DNA from: Escherichia coli
Lineage (GTDB): Bacteria > Pseudomonadota > Gammaproteobacteria > Enterobacterales > Enterobacteriaceae
Assembly (NCBI RefSeq): GCF_003334305.1
Contig: NZ_QOWS01000021.1
Length of the DNA stretch: 64,000 nt
Direction: 5' to 3' (one strand)
The position numbers and the translations under genes were made by a program. Shown in pieces: positions 28,784 to 41,681 of this stretch. The notes under the pieces were generated by a model. That model made no database searches, had not been told where the DNA came from, and saw only the letters and a list, made by a program, of their open reading frames with translations. Position 1 is the first letter of the stretch. The number at the start of each line of letters is the position of its first letter.

Positions 28784-29791
28784 TCATTGATAATCGACGC
28801 GTAAATACCCCAGCGCGCTAAACGGCCCTTCGGTCGGTTTTTGACCGGTAATACTGATAGGCCAGGCGCGAAGTGTGACATTGGCTGCCGCAGCTGCATC
28901 CAGACGGAAAGGAATAACGCTATTGAGATCGTTAGGCGTGATCGGCGTATCGTTCTGATCGGCGACAATAAAACCTAAATCCTGATTGTCCGACACCATC
29001 GCCTGACCAGAAACGGCACTGGCTTCCAGACGCATTGTTAAATAAGCCTGCGCAGCAACATTCGTACATTTGACCGCAATGCTCTTGGTTTGCGGCATGA
29101 CACCAGCAGGTCGATTACCCGGCCCTGCCGCACTAAATAACGATGCGCCGATATCACCAAAATCAAATTCAACAATCTGCCCGGCATTTAATTCGCAGTT
29201 TTGCGGTACTTCAACCCGGCCACCAAAACTAATGGTATAAACAGGTGTAACCAACGGATCGTAAGGCGTTGATGTCACATACACGGTAAACATCACCTGT
29301 CTGGGGATCTCCACCATGTTAATAAAGGGACGAATAACCTTTAAACGAAATATTAAACGAGAATCCATCACCCCGAATGGAAGGTTTTGTGAAACGTTAG
29401 GATCTGTTCCCATCCGAATATAATTTTGCGGGGGGAACTGAATATCCATCACACTATCAACCAGACTCACCGCACCTAATAGATAATCATTTAATTGCAT
29501 ATATTTATAATTATCGATAGTTTCCTGAACAATAAAGTTGGTGACATAACTACGGTATGTATAATTCACCAGCGTGCCGGGTGGACAAATTGCTGACACA
29601 CCTACCCAGCCGGATTTTTCCGGTAAAACAACAATCTGCCCTGGCTGGTTATTGGTGCTATTAAAGATATTTGAGAGATCATAGTGTTCATCTTCTGCTA
29701 CGCCAGTACTATTTGCACAAACAGTAGCCCAGGATATGTTTGCCAGACACAAACATTCCATCGCCAATAATAATCTGCAGATTATCTTCAT
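28784..29791 (-). CDS. sfmH: Sfm fimbrial adhesin-like subunit SfmH
   Basis: ORF with an AAGGA RBS. FimH-like size and position. The start may be an internal Met. Confidence 0.85.
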   Translation of the reverse strand: MKIICRLLLAMECLCLANISWATVCANSTGVAEDEHYDLSNIFNSTNNQPGQIVVLPEKSGWVGVSAICPPGTLVNYTYRSYVTNFIVQETIDNYKYMQLNDYLLGAVSLVDSVMDIQFPPQNYIRMGTDPNVSQNLPFGVMDSRLIFRLKVIRPFINMVEIPRQVMFTVYVTSTPYDPLVTPVYTISFGGRVEVPQNCELNAGQIVEFDFGDIGASLFSAAGPGNRPAGVMPQTKSIAVKCTNVAAQAYLTMRLEASAVSGQAMVSDNQDLGFIVADQNDTPITPNDLNSVIPFRLDAAAAANVTLRAWPISITGQKPTEGPFSALGYLRVDYQ

Positions 29792-29803
29792 TGATAATTT
29801 CCT

Positions 29804-32413
29804 TTATGAGCCAGGATGTGTGCAAACTGCCGAAATAACAGTGACGGCTTGCTGTAAGCTTTGCTTCGGCAATACATAGTGCGCAATGCAGCGTGAGTTC
29901 GCGCCGTCTCCCCACTGAACCAGTAATTCACCAGACAATGGCGCACCACTTAAATAAACTTGCCCGTCATCACCCACCATACTGGTTATTCCGGTACTGT
30001 TTTCCCGTACCAGTGATCCAAACGGCACCGGTTTTCCGCCCTGGGTAACGGTAATGAGCGCCCGCACGCCTATGCGGGTATCAAAATTGGCACGAACCAA
30101 CGCGCCTTGCGTCGGCACAACGCTGCTAATATTTTTTTCAACATCGATGGAATTCCCCATCGTATTGGTATCAAGCGCGATACGGTTATACCGATAAACC
30201 GTGGCATACGGCATCACCGCATAGCCGCGCCAGTCGGTTAAAATGCCAGTTTGATTTTCAATGCGTACACCGCCTGCGCCAGGCGCTTTAATCAAAACAT
30301 TGGTATCCCCTAAAGGCTGGCTCAGCGTTATGCCATTTTCGTGCCCGACCACACCGCCAGACAGCTGCCAGTTAACGTCATGTTGATCGCGGTCGTAGTT
30401 ATACCCGACCCCCAGCGTACCGTAAGTGGCCTGCCAGTTTGCCGTGGCGCTGCCCGTATACCCATTATTCGAGGTATCACCCTGGCTTACGTGATAACTC
30501 AGGTTGTGGCCTTCCAGTAAGGTCCCACCTACACCTGCCAGCCAGCTATTTTGCCCGTTGCTGTTACGGTTGGCGTTAAAGGAGGCATAAGCGCGGTCGA
30601 GCGCATTTTCCCGGGTGTAGCGACGTTTGGTCAGAACATTGAAAGGCACTGAAACATTAAGTCCGACAATACGTTCGTTATCGGGGATCCCTACAGATTC
30701 ATTCCACGAAAATGAGAGTGAATAACTGATACCAACCCAGCTGCTGGTATACCCCACCTGATACCAGGTATCTGAATCCGAAGTATTCCAGTATTTTTGA
30801 TGGGTACCAGAGATATAAAGCGAGCCAAAGTCATTAAGTGATTGTGAAATATTTAACTGCAAACGGTCTTTACGGCTAAAGCGTAAATTGTGGTAATTCA
30901 CGATTATCGGTTCATCCCGATGCTCACCGTCGTAATCGTAATCATATTCGTACCCCTCCATTCGACGATACGCAACATCATCAAGGGTATAAAAACCTTG
31001 TGTCGAATAGCGGTAACCCATTAACTGAAAATTGGTGCCGAAGGTGTTCATCGATTTCGCATAGAGGAAGCGAATGGAATCCCCCTCATGACGACTGTCG
31101 TCGGCTAACTGACTGCGCGCATGGGTCACATCCAGCGACACTGCCCCCCAGTTTCCGAGATTGCGCCCCAGTCCTAATAAAAAGGCGGTGTAATTGGCAG
31201 ATAATTGCGTCCCGCCGTAGGCAGTAAATTCCTGTGGTAAACCGCCGAGTGCCGTGCCCTGAAAAAAGAAAGGTGATGATTGCTGACTATTACCGCTACG
31301 AAAATCGCCCGCCTTCAGGTCAAATTTGAAACGCCCTTCGCGTTGTAAAATCGGCACTGTTGAATACGGAATTGTGTAATTCTGCTGATTGCCATCGCGC
31401 TCGTCGATGGTGACATCCAGATCGCCATTTGAAGATGTCGGGTGCAAATCTGTAATTTCAAAAGCGCCGGGGGAAACATAGCTTTGATAGATAATCAAAC
31501 CATTTTGCCGAATCGTTAGCTGGGCCGCCGTACGGGCAATCCCACGTACCGTTGGGGCAAACCCTTGCTGGCTATCAGGATACATATTATCGGAAGAGTA
31601 AAGCCGTATACCACGAAATCCAACACCATCGAAAATATCACTTCCTGTATTGCCGTCTCCCATTACCAGTTCACTTTTCAGCGGAATAATGGCGCGCTGT
31701 ACCCAGGTGCCAATATTATTCCACTGCTCTGAATGATATCCATTTCCGCGAAAATAGTTCCAGGAACCATTGTTGCGTAAACGCCACGGGCCAATATTAA
31801 TCCCGCTGAGCTCACTAAAAAAATAGCTATCGTTACCATTACCTCTGTTACCGGTGAAATTATAATTCAGGAGTAAAGCAGGAATACCTTCATCCCACTC
31901 TTCAGGCGGAATGTAACCGTGAGCGCTACTCAACAACGCTATCTGAGGAATAGTGATGTTCAGGCGCATCGCTGCAAAATCAAAGTTAATTGTGGCATCA
32001 GGTACAGCTTTCAGTAAATTGATGCATTTATTGTTTTGCTGCTGGGCTAACTCGGGAAATGCACTGCTATTAAGGCCAATTCGTTCAAGGAGTACCTGGT
32101 TAAAACAGGGCATTAACCCACCTGATTTATCACCTGTATTTTCTGTTGTCGATTCAAATACGATATCCTGTGAACCAATGAACTCATCATTACGCCAGAG
32201 ATCCACCCGATACACGCCCGCAGGTTGATGATTACCTCTCTCAAAGCGCGATAAATCAGCAACGGATGTGCCATTCTCTAATAAAAATGCCGGGTTGAAA
32301 TAACTTTCCGCATAGCTTAAAAAGGAGGGTAAAATGGCAAGAGATGAATAACAAATTCCGGCCAGACACCAGGTATACCTCTGCGGAATATCCGTAGTAG
32401 TGGGTATTTTCAT
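29804..32413 (-). CDS. sfmD: Fimbrial outer-membrane usher SfmD
   Basis: 869-aa usher-family protein; synteny. Confidence 0.92.
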   Translation of the reverse strand: MKIPTTTDIPQRYTWCLAGICYSSLAILPSFLSYAESYFNPAFLLENGTSVADLSRFERGNHQPAGVYRVDLWRNDEFIGSQDIVFESTTENTGDKSGGLMPCFNQVLLERIGLNSSAFPELAQQQNNKCINLLKAVPDATINFDFAAMRLNITIPQIALLSSAHGYIPPEEWDEGIPALLLNYNFTGNRGNGNDSYFFSELSGINIGPWRLRNNGSWNYFRGNGYHSEQWNNIGTWVQRAIIPLKSELVMGDGNTGSDIFDGVGFRGIRLYSSDNMYPDSQQGFAPTVRGIARTAAQLTIRQNGLIIYQSYVSPGAFEITDLHPTSSNGDLDVTIDERDGNQQNYTIPYSTVPILQREGRFKFDLKAGDFRSGNSQQSSPFFFQGTALGGLPQEFTAYGGTQLSANYTAFLLGLGRNLGNWGAVSLDVTHARSQLADDSRHEGDSIRFLYAKSMNTFGTNFQLMGYRYSTQGFYTLDDVAYRRMEGYEYDYDYDGEHRDEPIIVNYHNLRFSRKDRLQLNISQSLNDFGSLYISGTHQKYWNTSDSDTWYQVGYTSSWVGISYSLSFSWNESVGIPDNERIVGLNVSVPFNVLTKRRYTRENALDRAYASFNANRNSNGQNSWLAGVGGTLLEGHNLSYHVSQGDTSNNGYTGSATANWQATYGTLGVGYNYDRDQHDVNWQLSGGVVGHENGITLSQPLGDTNVLIKAPGAGGVRIENQTGILTDWRGYAVMPYATVYRYNRIALDTNTMGNSIDVEKNISSVVPTQGALVRANFDTRIGVRALITVTQGGKPVPFGSLVRENSTGITSMVGDDGQVYLSGAPLSGELLVQWGDGANSRCIAHYVLPKQSLQQAVTVISAVCTHPGS

Positions 32414-32443
32414 AATTAGCTCTGATATTGTCAGATGATTCGG

Positions 32444-33136
32444 TTAGTTTAAGTTCACTTCTCTGACCGGGGTTACTGAACCATAATCATTAACGGTCTG
32501 AAATTTCAGCTTTCCCTGCACTCCTGAGGGTAAGGGAATTTGTGAACTAACTCTGGGTGCCGCCATAGCATTCCCCAACTTTTGGCTGCCCACTTGCAGG
32601 TTAACGAGGGTGACATAAAAAGGTGATGGATTATGAACATTGATATAGTTACCGGATCGCGAAAACTTGAGTGTGTCCGGCGCTTCTGCGGGTAATTCTT
32701 GTAATTGAATTGGACGGAGAAATAATTTCATGCGCGATAAAATCGCCAGTTGCAAAACATTCCTGCCGTTCAATGCATTTTTATCTACCGAAGGGATCGT
32801 CTTAACATTCATCCAGAACAGAGACTCACGATCTGCTGCCAGCGGTGGACCGGTGTAAATAATACGCAAAGTATTTTCGCTTTTGGGTTCACTAACAAAC
32901 AGTGGCGGTGTAATGATGAATGACTTTTCTTTTACACCGCTGCTGTTTTCAATCCACGAATTGACCAGAAAACGCTCATTGGTATGGCTATTTCTAATCC
33001 ATACCGCAGTCTGTTTAGCATCAGCGGGATAAATAATACGCGTGGCACCTAATGCGATCCCTCCGGCAGCATGGGCGCTGGCCGAAATGATTAAAAAAAA
33101 TATAATGAGCATCAATAACTTTATTTTAGTCATCAT
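32444..33136 (-). CDS. sfmC: Periplasmic fimbrial chaperone SfmC
   Basis: 230 aa, PapD-like (signal peptide, ...RIIYP...). Confidence 0.92.
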   Translation of the reverse strand: MMTKIKLLMLIIFFLIISASAHAAGGIALGATRIIYPADAKQTAVWIRNSHTNERFLVNSWIENSSGVKEKSFIITPPLFVSEPKSENTLRIIYTGPPLAADRESLFWMNVKTIPSVDKNALNGRNVLQLAILSRMKLFLRPIQLQELPAEAPDTLKFSRSGNYINVHNPSPFYVTLVNLQVGSQKLGNAMAAPRVSSQIPLPSGVQGKLKFQTVNDYGSVTPVREVNLN

Positions 33137-33355
33137 AGTTAATACGCCTTGTGTATTCCTGACGGCAAAAATAAGAAATATAAAGAAATGATTGCTTTGG
33201 TTTCTTACAACACATCATTCCCTTTTCATTTAATAAAGCGGCATGATACAAAGTGAACATGATTTCGATTTACATTGCCACCATACCGCTTCAGACAACC
33301 GGCACATTACTTTGTTATAAGACGTGATATATAATTCAAAACAACGTGGTTTTGA

Positions 33356-33898
33356 TTATTCGTATCTCATAATAAAAGTCGCGTCAGCATTTGCTTGCCC
33401 TGCTGATGCACTTGTACCGGTGCCTTTATAACGTGCAGAAAAATGAAGAACGTTGGTCCCGGGGATCAAGTTCTGGTTGGTTGAGAAGCTATTCCCATCA
33501 GGTTTGAGAATTGCGGATGTATTATCAAGTATTTCAATACCGACACCCGTTGCTGTTGTTGTATTGGTACTGGATGCAATGGCCAATAAATTATCATTGA
33601 TTGCATCAGCCTGACCAGAAAATGCAACGGCAGCATTAGCGGCAACAACAGGATCGCAGTCGTTCAACTGAATGGTGAATGGAATTAATGCAGAGGTATT
33701 ACCAACAGCATTGAAAATATCGGTACGATATTGACCGAGTGTGACAACCTGGTCTGCCGAGTCAGTATTCACTGAACAGGCAGCATTCACCAGTTCGCCT
33801 TCAAAGTGAATTGTACCGCCATCTACAACGGCAGCATAACTACCCGTAGCGGCGAATAGTGCGGCAGCCAGCGCAGACGAAATAAATCTTAATTTCAT
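33356..33898 (-). CDS. sfmA: Type-1-like fimbrial major subunit SfmA
   Basis: 180 aa from [22 protein letters not shown]. Confidence 0.9.
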   Translation of the reverse strand: MKLRFISSALAAALFAATGSYAAVVDGGTIHFEGELVNAACSVNTDSADQVVTLGQYRTDIFNAVGNTSALIPFTIQLNDCDPVVAANAAVAFSGQADAINDNLLAIASSTNTTTATGVGIEILDNTSAILKPDGNSFSTNQNLIPGTNVLHFSARYKGTGTSASAGQANADATFIMRYE

Positions 33899-34378
33899 AT
33901 ATATTCCTTCAATCTCATTTATCGACTCCACATCCGTATATAACCGATTACTTTATTTAAGTCACTGATAGTAGTAAAATTCCTTTTTATCCTCTAAGAA
34001 TGTCTTAATTGAAAATATGCACTCTAATCTAAAAAATAGAGAGCCCCGTTAGATGAATACTTCCGCGCAAAATATATTCAACACAAATATAGACCTGAAG
34101 CGGTAAATCACCAGGCTGAAAATTCTTTTTATATTGTCAGGTATTTCTTAAATTATCTTAATCCTTAAACAAGGAAATAAATCAGTTCCAGATTTACAAC
34201 GCCATCATGGACGAAAAATGAAGCTTTCAATCTCAGCGACCTCAGCGACGGTGCGCCTAACCTTCGCAAGAGGTCGCTTCACGCGATAAATCTGAAACGA
34301 AACCTGACAGCGCGCCCCGCTTCTGACAAAATAGGCGCATCCCCTTCGACCTACGTAACAGATGGAATCCTCTCTCTG

Positions 34379-35245
34379 ATGGCAGCAAAGATTATTGACG
34401 GTAAAACGATTGCGCAGCAGGTGCGCTCTGAAGTTGCTCAAAAAGTTCAGGCGCGTATTGCAGCCGGACTGCGGGCACCAGGACTGGCCGTTGTGCTGGT
34501 GGGTAGTAACCCTGCATCGCAAATTTATGTCGCAAGCAAACGCAAGGCTTGTGAAGAAGTCGGGTTCGTCTCCCGCTCTTATGACCTCCCGGAAACCACC
34601 AGCGAAGCGGAGCTGTTGGAGCTTATCGATGCGCTGAATGCCGACAACACCATCGATGGCATTCTGGTTCAACTGCCGTTACCGGCGGGTATTGATAACG
34701 TCAAAGTGCTGGAACGTATTCATCCGGACAAAGACGTGGACGGTTTCCATCCTTACAACGTCGGTCGTCTGTGCCAGCGCGCGCCGCGTCTGCGTCCCTG
34801 CACCCCGCGCGGTATCGTCACGCTGCTTGAGCGTTACAACATTGATACCTTCGGCCTCAACGCCGTGGTGATTGGCGCATCGAATATCGTCGGTCGCCCA
34901 ATGAGCATGGAACTGTTGCTCGCAGGTTGCACCACTACCGTGACTCACCGCTTCACTAAAAATCTGCGTCATCACGTAGAAAATGCCGATCTGTTGATCG
35001 TTGCCGTTGGCAAGCCAGGCTTTATTCCCGGTGACTGGATCAAAGAAGGCGCAATTGTGATTGATGTCGGCATCAACCGTCTGGAAAATGGCAAAGTTGT
35101 GGGCGACGTCGTGTTTGAAGACGCGGCTAAACGCGCCTCATACATTACGCCTGTTCCCGGCGGCGTTGGCCCGATGACGGTTGCCACGCTGATTGAAAAC
35201 ACGCTACAGGCGTGCGTTGAATATCATGATCCACAGGATGAGTAA
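34379..35245 (+). CDS. folD: Bifunctional methylenetetrahydrofolate dehydrogenase/cyclohydrolase
   Basis: 288 aa, [23 protein letters not shown]... Confidence 0.96.
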
Positions 35246-35246
35246 C

Positions 35247-35459
35247 ATGGCGACATTTTCTTTAGGTAAACATCCGCACGTTGAGCTGTGCGACTTGCTG
35301 AAACTGGAAGGCTGGAGCGAAAGCGGCGCGCAGGCGAAAATCGCGATTGCCGAAGGCCAGGTGAAAGTCGACGGTGCGGTTGAAACGCGCAAACGCTGCA
35401 AAATCGTCGCCGGTCAGACAGTGAGTTTTGCAGGTCACAGCGTACAGGTTGTTGCCTGA
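35247..35459 (+). CDS. ybcJ: S4-like RNA-binding protein YbcJ
   Basis: 70 aa from MATFSLGKHPHVELCDLLKLEGW... Confidence 0.9.
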   Translation: MATFSLGKHPHVELCDLLKLEGWSESGAQAKIAIAEGQVKVDGAVETRKRCKIVAGQTVSFAGHSVQVVA

Positions 35460-35467
35460 TCCCTTTC

Positions 35468-35498
35468 CCGGCCTGTATCAACAGGCCGGTTCTCTTTT
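35468..35498 (+). terminator. folD-ybcJ intrinsic terminator
   Basis: CCGGCCTGT-ATCA-ACAGGCCGG followed by TTCTCTTTT. Confidence 0.75.
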
Positions 35499-35566
35499 CA
35501 GACTTTTGCCCTCTACGCCCCGTTCATCCATGCTGATAGCATCGACATTTTGCCGAAGCGACCATC

Positions 35567-36088
35567 ATGCCAACCGTTATTACGCACGCCGCCGTTCCCC
35601 TATGCATTGGTTTAGGGTTGGGTTCGAAAGTCATCCCTCCGCGTCTGTTATTTGCCGGAATCATCCTGGCGATGCTGCCCGACGCCGACGTATTGTCGTT
35701 TAAATTTGGCGTTGCTTACGGCAATGTTTTTGGTCATCGCGGTTTTACCCATTCGCTGGTGTTTGCGTTTGTTGTCCCGCTGTTATGTGTGCTGATTGGA
35801 CGCCGATGGTTCAGGGCTGGGCTGATTTGCTGCTGGCTGTTTTTAACCGTCTCGTTGCTATCGCACAGCTTGCTGGATTCGGTAACCACTGGCGGTAAGG
35901 GCGTTGGCTGGCTGTGGCCGTGGTCAGATGAACGCTTTTTCGCTCCCTGGCAGGTGATTAAAGTCGCGCCGTTTGCATTGTCTCGTTACACCACGCCGTA
36001 CGGGCATCAGGTGATAATTTCTGAATTGATGTGGGTGTGGTTGCCGGGGATGGTGCTTATGGGAATGTTGTGGTGGCGCAGGCGATAA
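35567..36088 (+). CDS. ybcI: Inner-membrane protein YbcI (DUF457)
   Basis: 173 aa, multi-TM; synteny. Confidence 0.88.
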   Translation: MPTVITHAAVPLCIGLGLGSKVIPPRLLFAGIILAMLPDADVLSFKFGVAYGNVFGHRGFTHSLVFAFVVPLLCVLIGRRWFRAGLICCWLFLTVSLLSHSLLDSVTTGGKGVGWLWPWSDERFFAPWQVIKVAPFALSRYTTPYGHQVIISELMWVWLPGMVLMGMLWWRRR

Positions 36089-36112
36089 CCGGATGCGAAA
36101 ACTCGCATCCGG
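36089..36112. terminator. Hairpin between convergent ybcI and cysS
   Basis: 10-bp stem CCGGATGCGA-AAAC-TCGCATCCGG. Confidence 0.5.
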
Positions 36113-36123
36113 CAACAGCGCAA

Positions 36124-37509
36124 TTACTTACGACGCCAGGTGGTCCCTTGCGGGCCATCTTCCAGCACGATCCCCATCTCGTTAAGACGGTCACGCGCCG
36201 CATCTGCCGCCGCCCAGTCTTTCGCTTTACGGGCATCCAGACGCTGTTGAATTAACGCTTCAATCTCAGCCACTTCGCTGTCGTCTGCCTGCGCGCCGCT
36301 TTGCAGGAACGCTTCCGGTTCTTGCTCCAGCAGGCCCAATACAGCGGAAAGTTTACGCAGGTGAGATGCCATTGCATTCGCCGCTGCCATATCTTCTGCT
36401 TTCAGACGGTTTACTTCACGCGCCATATCAAACAGTACGGAATAGGCTTCCGGGGTGTTGAAATCGTCGTCCATCGCTTCAATAAAGCGCGCTTCAAACG
36501 CTTCGCCACCGGCAGGCGCAACGGTTTTATCTGTGCCGCGCAGCGCAGTGTAGAGACGCTCCAGCGCCGCACGCGCCTGCTTCAGGTTCTCTTCGCTGTA
36601 GTTCAACTGGCTGCGATAGTGGCCCGACATCAGGAAGTAACGCACGGTTTCCGCGTCGTAGTATTTCAGCACATCGCGCACGGTAAAGAAGTTACCCAGC
36701 GATTTGGACATCTTCTCGCGGTCAACCATCACCATCCCCGAGTGCATCCAGTAGTTCACATACTGGCCATCATGGGCACAGGTGGACTGCGCGATTTCGT
36801 TCTCGTGGTGCGGGAACATCAGGTCTGAACCGCCGCCGTGGATATCAAAGTGGTTACCCAGCTGCTTGCAGTTCATTGCCGAACATTCAATGTGCCAGCC
36901 TGGACGGCCCGCGCCCCACGGAGACGGCCAGCTCGGTTCGCCCTCTTTCGACATCTTCCACAGAACGAAGTCCATCGGGTTGCGTTTGTCGTCGACCACG
37001 TCAACGCGCGCACCTGCCTGCAGCTGGTCGAGATCCTGACGCGACAGCACGCCATATGTCGGATCGGTCGGGACGTCGAACATCACGTCGCCGTTGTCCG
37101 CCACATAAGCGTGACCTTTGGCGATCAGTTGTTCAGTGAGTTCAATAATTTCTGCGATATGGTGCGTCGCGCGCGGCTCCATATCCGGGCGCAGAATGTT
37201 CAAAGCATCAAAATCTTTGTGCATTTCGGCGATCATGCGATCCACCAGCGCCACAAAGCTTTCGCCATTTTCATTGGCGCGTTTGATGATTTTGTCGTCG
37301 ATATCGGTAATGTTGCGCACATACTTCAGTTTATAGCCGAGGAAACGCAGATAGCGCGCAACCACGTCAAAAGCAACAAAGGTACGCCCGTGACCGATAT
37401 GACAGAGATCGTAAACGGTGATTCCACACACATACATGCCGACTTCCCCGGCGTGAATAGGCTTAAATTCCTCTTTTTGGCGTGTCAGAGTATTGAAGAT
37501 TTTTAGCAT
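36124..37509 (-). CDS. cysS: Cysteinyl-tRNA synthetase
   Basis: 461 aa, [29 protein letters not shown]...HIGH and KMSKS motifs present. Confidence 0.97.
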
Positions 37510-37682
37510 CGAAGATTCCGTTTAGACATGTGTGGGTAATTGAGTTGCGTATAATACCCATATTTCCCGCGCGAATCAGCATACATTGCGTGATGATCCG
37601 ATCGTGCGGTTATGCTATAACACCACCCTATATATGACCCGAACTGGGTTGAAGCACCAATCAAACGGAACAGGATGCAAAA

Positions 37683-38177
37683 ATGGTTACTTTCCACACC
37701 AATCACGGCGATATTGTCATCAAAACTTTTGACGATAAAGCACCTGAAACAGTTAAAAACTTCCTGGACTACTGCCGCGAAGGTTTTTACAACAACACCA
37801 TTTTCCACCGTGTTATCAACGGCTTTATGATTCAGGGCGGCGGTTTTGAACCGGGCATGAAACAAAAAGCCACCAAAGAACCGATCAAAAACGAAGCCAA
37901 CAACGGCCTGAAAAATACCCGTGGTACGCTGGCAATGGCACGTACTCAGGCTCCGCACTCTGCAACTGCACAGTTCTTCATCAACGTGGTTGATAACGAC
38001 TTCCTGAACTTCTCTGGCGAAAGCCTGCAAGGTTGGGGCTACTGCGTGTTTGCTGAAGTGGTTGACGGCATGGACGTGGTAGACAAAATCAAAGGTGTTG
38101 CAACCGGTCGTAGCGGTATGCACCAGGACGTGCCAAAAGAAGACGTTATCATTGAAAGCGTGACCGTTAGCGAGTAA
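37683..38177 (+). CDS. ppiB: Peptidyl-prolyl cis-trans isomerase B
   Basis: 164 aa, [27 protein letters not shown]... Confidence 0.97.
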
Positions 38178-38179
38178 TC

Positions 38180-38902
38180 GTGGCGACACTCTTTATTGCA
38201 GATCTTCATCTCTGCGTGGAAGAACCGGCGATCACCGCCGGTTTTCTGCGTTTTTTAGCGGGGGAAGCCCGCAAGGCCGACGCGCTGTATATTCTTGGCG
38301 ATCTGTTTGAAGCATGGATTGGCGACGACGATCCCAACCCACTCCATCGCCAGATGGCGGCAGCGATCAAAGCGGTGTCCGATTCCGGCGTTCCCTGTTA
38401 TTTCATTCATGGCAACCGTGATTTTCTGCTCGGCAAACGCTTTGCCCGTGAAAGCGGCATGACATTATTGCCGGAAGAAAAGGTGCTCGAACTTTATGGT
38501 CGCCGGGTGTTGATTATGCATGGCGACACGCTGTGCACCGATGACGCGGGTTATCAGGCTTTTCGCGCCAAAGTCCACAAACCCTGGCTGCAAATGCTAT
38601 TCCTCGCCCTGCCGTTGTTTGTGCGCAAACGCATTGCCGCGCGAATGCGAGCGAACAGTAAAGAAGCCAACAGCAGTAAATCGCTGGCGATCATGGACGT
38701 TAACCAAAACGCGGTAGTCAGTGCGATGGAAAAACATCAGGTGCAATGGCTGATCCACGGACATACCCATCGCCCGGCGGTACATGAACTTATCGCCAAC
38801 CAGCAACCTGCTTTTCGCGTGGTACTCGGTGCCTGGCATACGGAAGGTTCGATGGTGAAAGTCACGGCGGATGACGTTGAGCTGATTCATTTTCCGTTTT
38901 AA
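38180..38902 (+). CDS. lpxH: UDP-2,3-diacylglucosamine diphosphatase
   Basis: 240 aa, GTG start, [22 protein letters not shown]... Confidence 0.95.
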
Positions 38903-38932
38903 AAAACCCACAACTTTGCTGATTTCACAGCC

Positions 38933-38948
38933 ACGCAACCGTTTTCCT
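38933..38948 (+). promoter_or_regulatory. PurR operator (pur box) upstream of purEK
   Basis: ACGCAACCGTTTTCCT against the pur-box consensus ACGCAAACGTTTTCNT. Confidence 0.75.
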
Positions 38949-39019
38949 TGCTCTCTTTCCGTGCTATTCTCTGTGCCCTCTAAAGCCGAGAGTTGTGCAC
39001 CACAGGAGTTTTAAGACGC

Positions 39020-39529
39020 ATGTCTTCCCGCAATAATCCGGCGCGTGTCGCCATCGTGATGGGGTCCAAAAGCGACTGGGCTACCATGCAGTTCGCCGCC
39101 GAAATCTTCGAAATCCTGAATGTCCCGCACCACGTTGAAGTGGTTTCTGCTCACCGCACCCCCGATAAACTGTTCAGCTTCGCCGAAAGCGCCGAAGAGA
39201 ACGGTTATCAGGTGATTATTGCGGGCGCAGGTGGCGCAGCGCACCTGCCAGGCATGATTGCCGCCAAAACGCTGGTGCCGGTGCTGGGCGTGCCAGTACA
39301 GAGCGCCGCACTGAGCGGTGTCGATAGCCTCTACTCCATCGTACAAATGCCGCGCGGCATTCCGGTGGGTACGCTGGCGATTGGTAAAGCTGGCGCGGCA
39401 AACGCGGCATTACTGGCAGCACAAATTCTCGCGACTCACGATAAAGAGCTACACCAGCGTCTGAATGACTGGCGCAAAGCCCAGACCGACGAAGTGCTGG
39501 AAAACCCGGACCCGCGAGGTGCGGCATGA
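39020..39529 (+). CDS. purE: N5-carboxyaminoimidazole ribonucleotide mutase
   Basis: 169 aa from [20 protein letters not shown]... Confidence 0.96.
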   Translation: MSSRNNPARVAIVMGSKSDWATMQFAAEIFEILNVPHHVEVVSAHRTPDKLFSFAESAEENGYQVIIAGAGGAAHLPGMIAAKTLVPVLGVPVQSAALSGVDSLYSIVQMPRGIPVGTLAIGKAGAANAALLAAQILATHDKELHQRLNDWRKAQTDEVLENPDPRGAA

Positions 39530-40593
39530 AACAGGTTTGCGTCCTCGGTAACGGGCAGTTAGGCCGTATGCTGCGTCAGGCAGGCGAACCGTTAGGCATT
39601 GCTGTCTGGCCGGTCGGGCTGGACGCTGAACCGGCGGCGGTGCCTTTTCAACAAAGCGTGATTACCGCTGAGATCGAACGCTGGCCGGAAACCGCATTAA
39701 CCCGCGAGCTGGCGCGTCATCCGGCCTTTGTGAACCGCGATGTGTTCCCGATTATTGCCGACCGTCTGACTCAGAAGCAGCTTTTCGATAAGCTCCACCT
39801 GCCGACCGCACCGTGGCAGTTACTTGCCGATCGCAGCGAGTGGCCTGCGGTGTTTGAGCGTTTAGGTGAACTGGCGATTGTTAAGCGTCGCACTGGTGGC
39901 TATGACGGTCGCGGTCAATGGCGTTTACGTGCCAATGAAACCGAACAGTTACCGGCAGAGTGTTACGGCGAATGTATTGTCGAGCAGGGCATTAACTTCT
40001 CTGGTGAAGTGTCGCTGGTTGGCGCACGCGGATTTGATGGCAGCACCGTGTTTTATCCGCTGACGCATAACCTGCATCAGGACGGTATTTTGCGCACCAG
40101 CGTCGCTTTTCCGCAGGCCAATGCGCAGCAGCAAGCGCAAGCCGAAGAGATGCTGTCGGCGATTATGCAGGAGCTGGGCTATGTGGGCGTGATGGCGATG
40201 GAGTGTTTTGTCACCCCGCAAGGTCTGCTGATCAACGAACTGGCACCGCGTGTGCATAACAGCGGTCACTGGACACAAAACGGTGCCAGCATCAGCCAGT
40301 TTGAGCTGCATCTGCGGGCGATTACCGATCTGCCGTTACCGCAACCGGTAGTGAATAGTCCGTCGGTGATGATCAACCTGATTGGTAGCGATGTGAATTA
40401 TGACTGGCTGAAACTGCCGCTGGTGCATCTGCACTGGTACGACAAAGAAGTCCGTCCGGGGCGTAAAGTGGGGCATCTGAATTTGACCGACAGCGACACA
40501 TCGCGTCTGACTGCGACGCTGGAAGCCTTAATCCCGCTGCTGCCGCCGGAATATGCCAGCGGCGTGATTTGGGCGCAGAGTAAGTTCGGTTAA
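39526..40593 (+). CDS. purK: N5-carboxyaminoimidazole ribonucleotide synthase
   Basis: 355 aa; ATGA overlap with purE. Confidence 0.96.
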   Translation: MKQVCVLGNGQLGRMLRQAGEPLGIAVWPVGLDAEPAAVPFQQSVITAEIERWPETALTRELARHPAFVNRDVFPIIADRLTQKQLFDKLHLPTAPWQLLADRSEWPAVFERLGELAIVKRRTGGYDGRGQWRLRANETEQLPAECYGECIVEQGINFSGEVSLVGARGFDGSTVFYPLTHNLHQDGILRTSVAFPQANAQQQAQAEEMLSAIMQELGYVGVMAMECFVTPQGLLINELAPRVHNSGHWTQNGASISQFELHLRAITDLPLPQPVVNSPSVMINLIGSDVNYDWLKLPLVHLHWYDKEVRPGRKVGHLNLTDSDTSRLTATLEALIPLLPPEYASGVIWAQSKFG

Positions 40594-40609
40594 CTGGTGC
40601 TCTATTCTT

Positions 40610-40767
<158 letters not shown>

Positions 40768-40787
40768 CAAATGTCTAATGCCTACGA

Positions 40788-41681
40788 CTACAGCGAAATA
40801 CAGGTCCCCGCTTCGCCCGCCAGCGTCTCTTCAATTCGCGATAACGCCCCAATCCACGCGGGTTTACCACGGCTTCTGACATAACCACTTACCGCCGTTA
40901 CCTTCGGCCCCATCGAACCATCGGCTTTGGCAAATGGCGCTAACTCATCCGGTGTGGCATGGCGAATGGCGCGTTGCTGCGGCGTTCCCCAGTTTTCATA
41001 TACCGCATCAGCATCGGTGAGGATCACCAGCCCATCGGCGTTAATCTGCTCGGCAAGCAAGGCAGCGGCGAGATCTTTATCAATCACCGCTTCACTCCCT
41101 GCCCCATCTTCCGTCACAGGCACACCGCCGCCGCCACTGCAAATCACCACATGCCCCTCTTTGAGCAACAACTCGATGGCTTCGCTGTCGAGAATTTTAC
41201 GCGGTTGCGGAGACGCCACCACCCGGCGCAAATATTTACCATCACGTTTCATCTGCCAGCCGTAAGCCGCTTCCAGTGCCTTTTGTTCTTCTGGCTGATA
41301 AACCGGACCAATAAATTTCTCTGGCTGCAAAAACGCCGGATCATCAGGCGAAACCTCAATGCGCGTCAGCACCGTCGTGACAGGCGGCATCTGCGGCTGT
41401 GCGCTCAAACTCTGCGCCAGCATATAGCCAATCATCCCCTGGCTTTCCGCCACCAGCACATCCAGCGGATACGGATCTACCTCTTTCCACGCCAGATTCT
41501 GCAATGCCAGCAGCCCCACCTGCGGCCCATTGCCGTGAACAATCGCCAGCCGATAAGAACGGGCCAGGCGCGCCAGCGCGGGTACAGCACTGGCGATATT
41601 GCGATATTGATTTTCTGCCGTCAGCGCCTCACCGCGCTGGAGTAAGGCGTTGCCCCCAAGAGCTACAACCAGTGTTTTCAT
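40788..41681 (-). CDS. ybcF: Carbamate kinase-like protein YbcF
   Basis: 297 aa, [25 protein letters not shown]...; carbamate kinase family. Confidence 0.92.
   Translation of the reverse strand: MKTLVVALGGNALLQRGEALTAENQYRNIASAVPALARLARSYRLAIVHGNGPQVGLLALQNLAWKEVDPYPLDVLVAESQGMIGYMLAQSLSAQPQMPPVTTVLTRIEVSPDDPAFLQPEKFIGPVYQPEEQKALEAAYGWQMKRDGKYLRRVVASPQPRKILDSEAIELLLKEGHVVICSGGGGVPVTEDGAGSEAVIDKDLAAALLAEQINADGLVILTDADAVYENWGTPQQRAIRHATPDELAPFAKADGSMGPKVTAVSGYVRSRGKPAWIGALSRIEETLAGEAGTCISL

Noticed and set aside
34205-34672. 155-aa minus-strand ORF overlapping the folD start
   Set aside because: It is an antisense shadow of the highly conserved folD gene and its upstream region.
36301-38189. 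Long antisense ORFs opposite cysS and ppiB (175, 222 and 228 aa). Similar cases lie opposite ybcF (40959-41645), ylbE (42483-43175), allB (52068-52565), gcl (56874-57440), P (17160-17819), C (4810-5301) and A (7518-8039).
   Set aside because: They are shadow ORFs on the opposite strand of well-identified, conserved genes. They have Arg/His-rich low-complexity translations and no independent signals.
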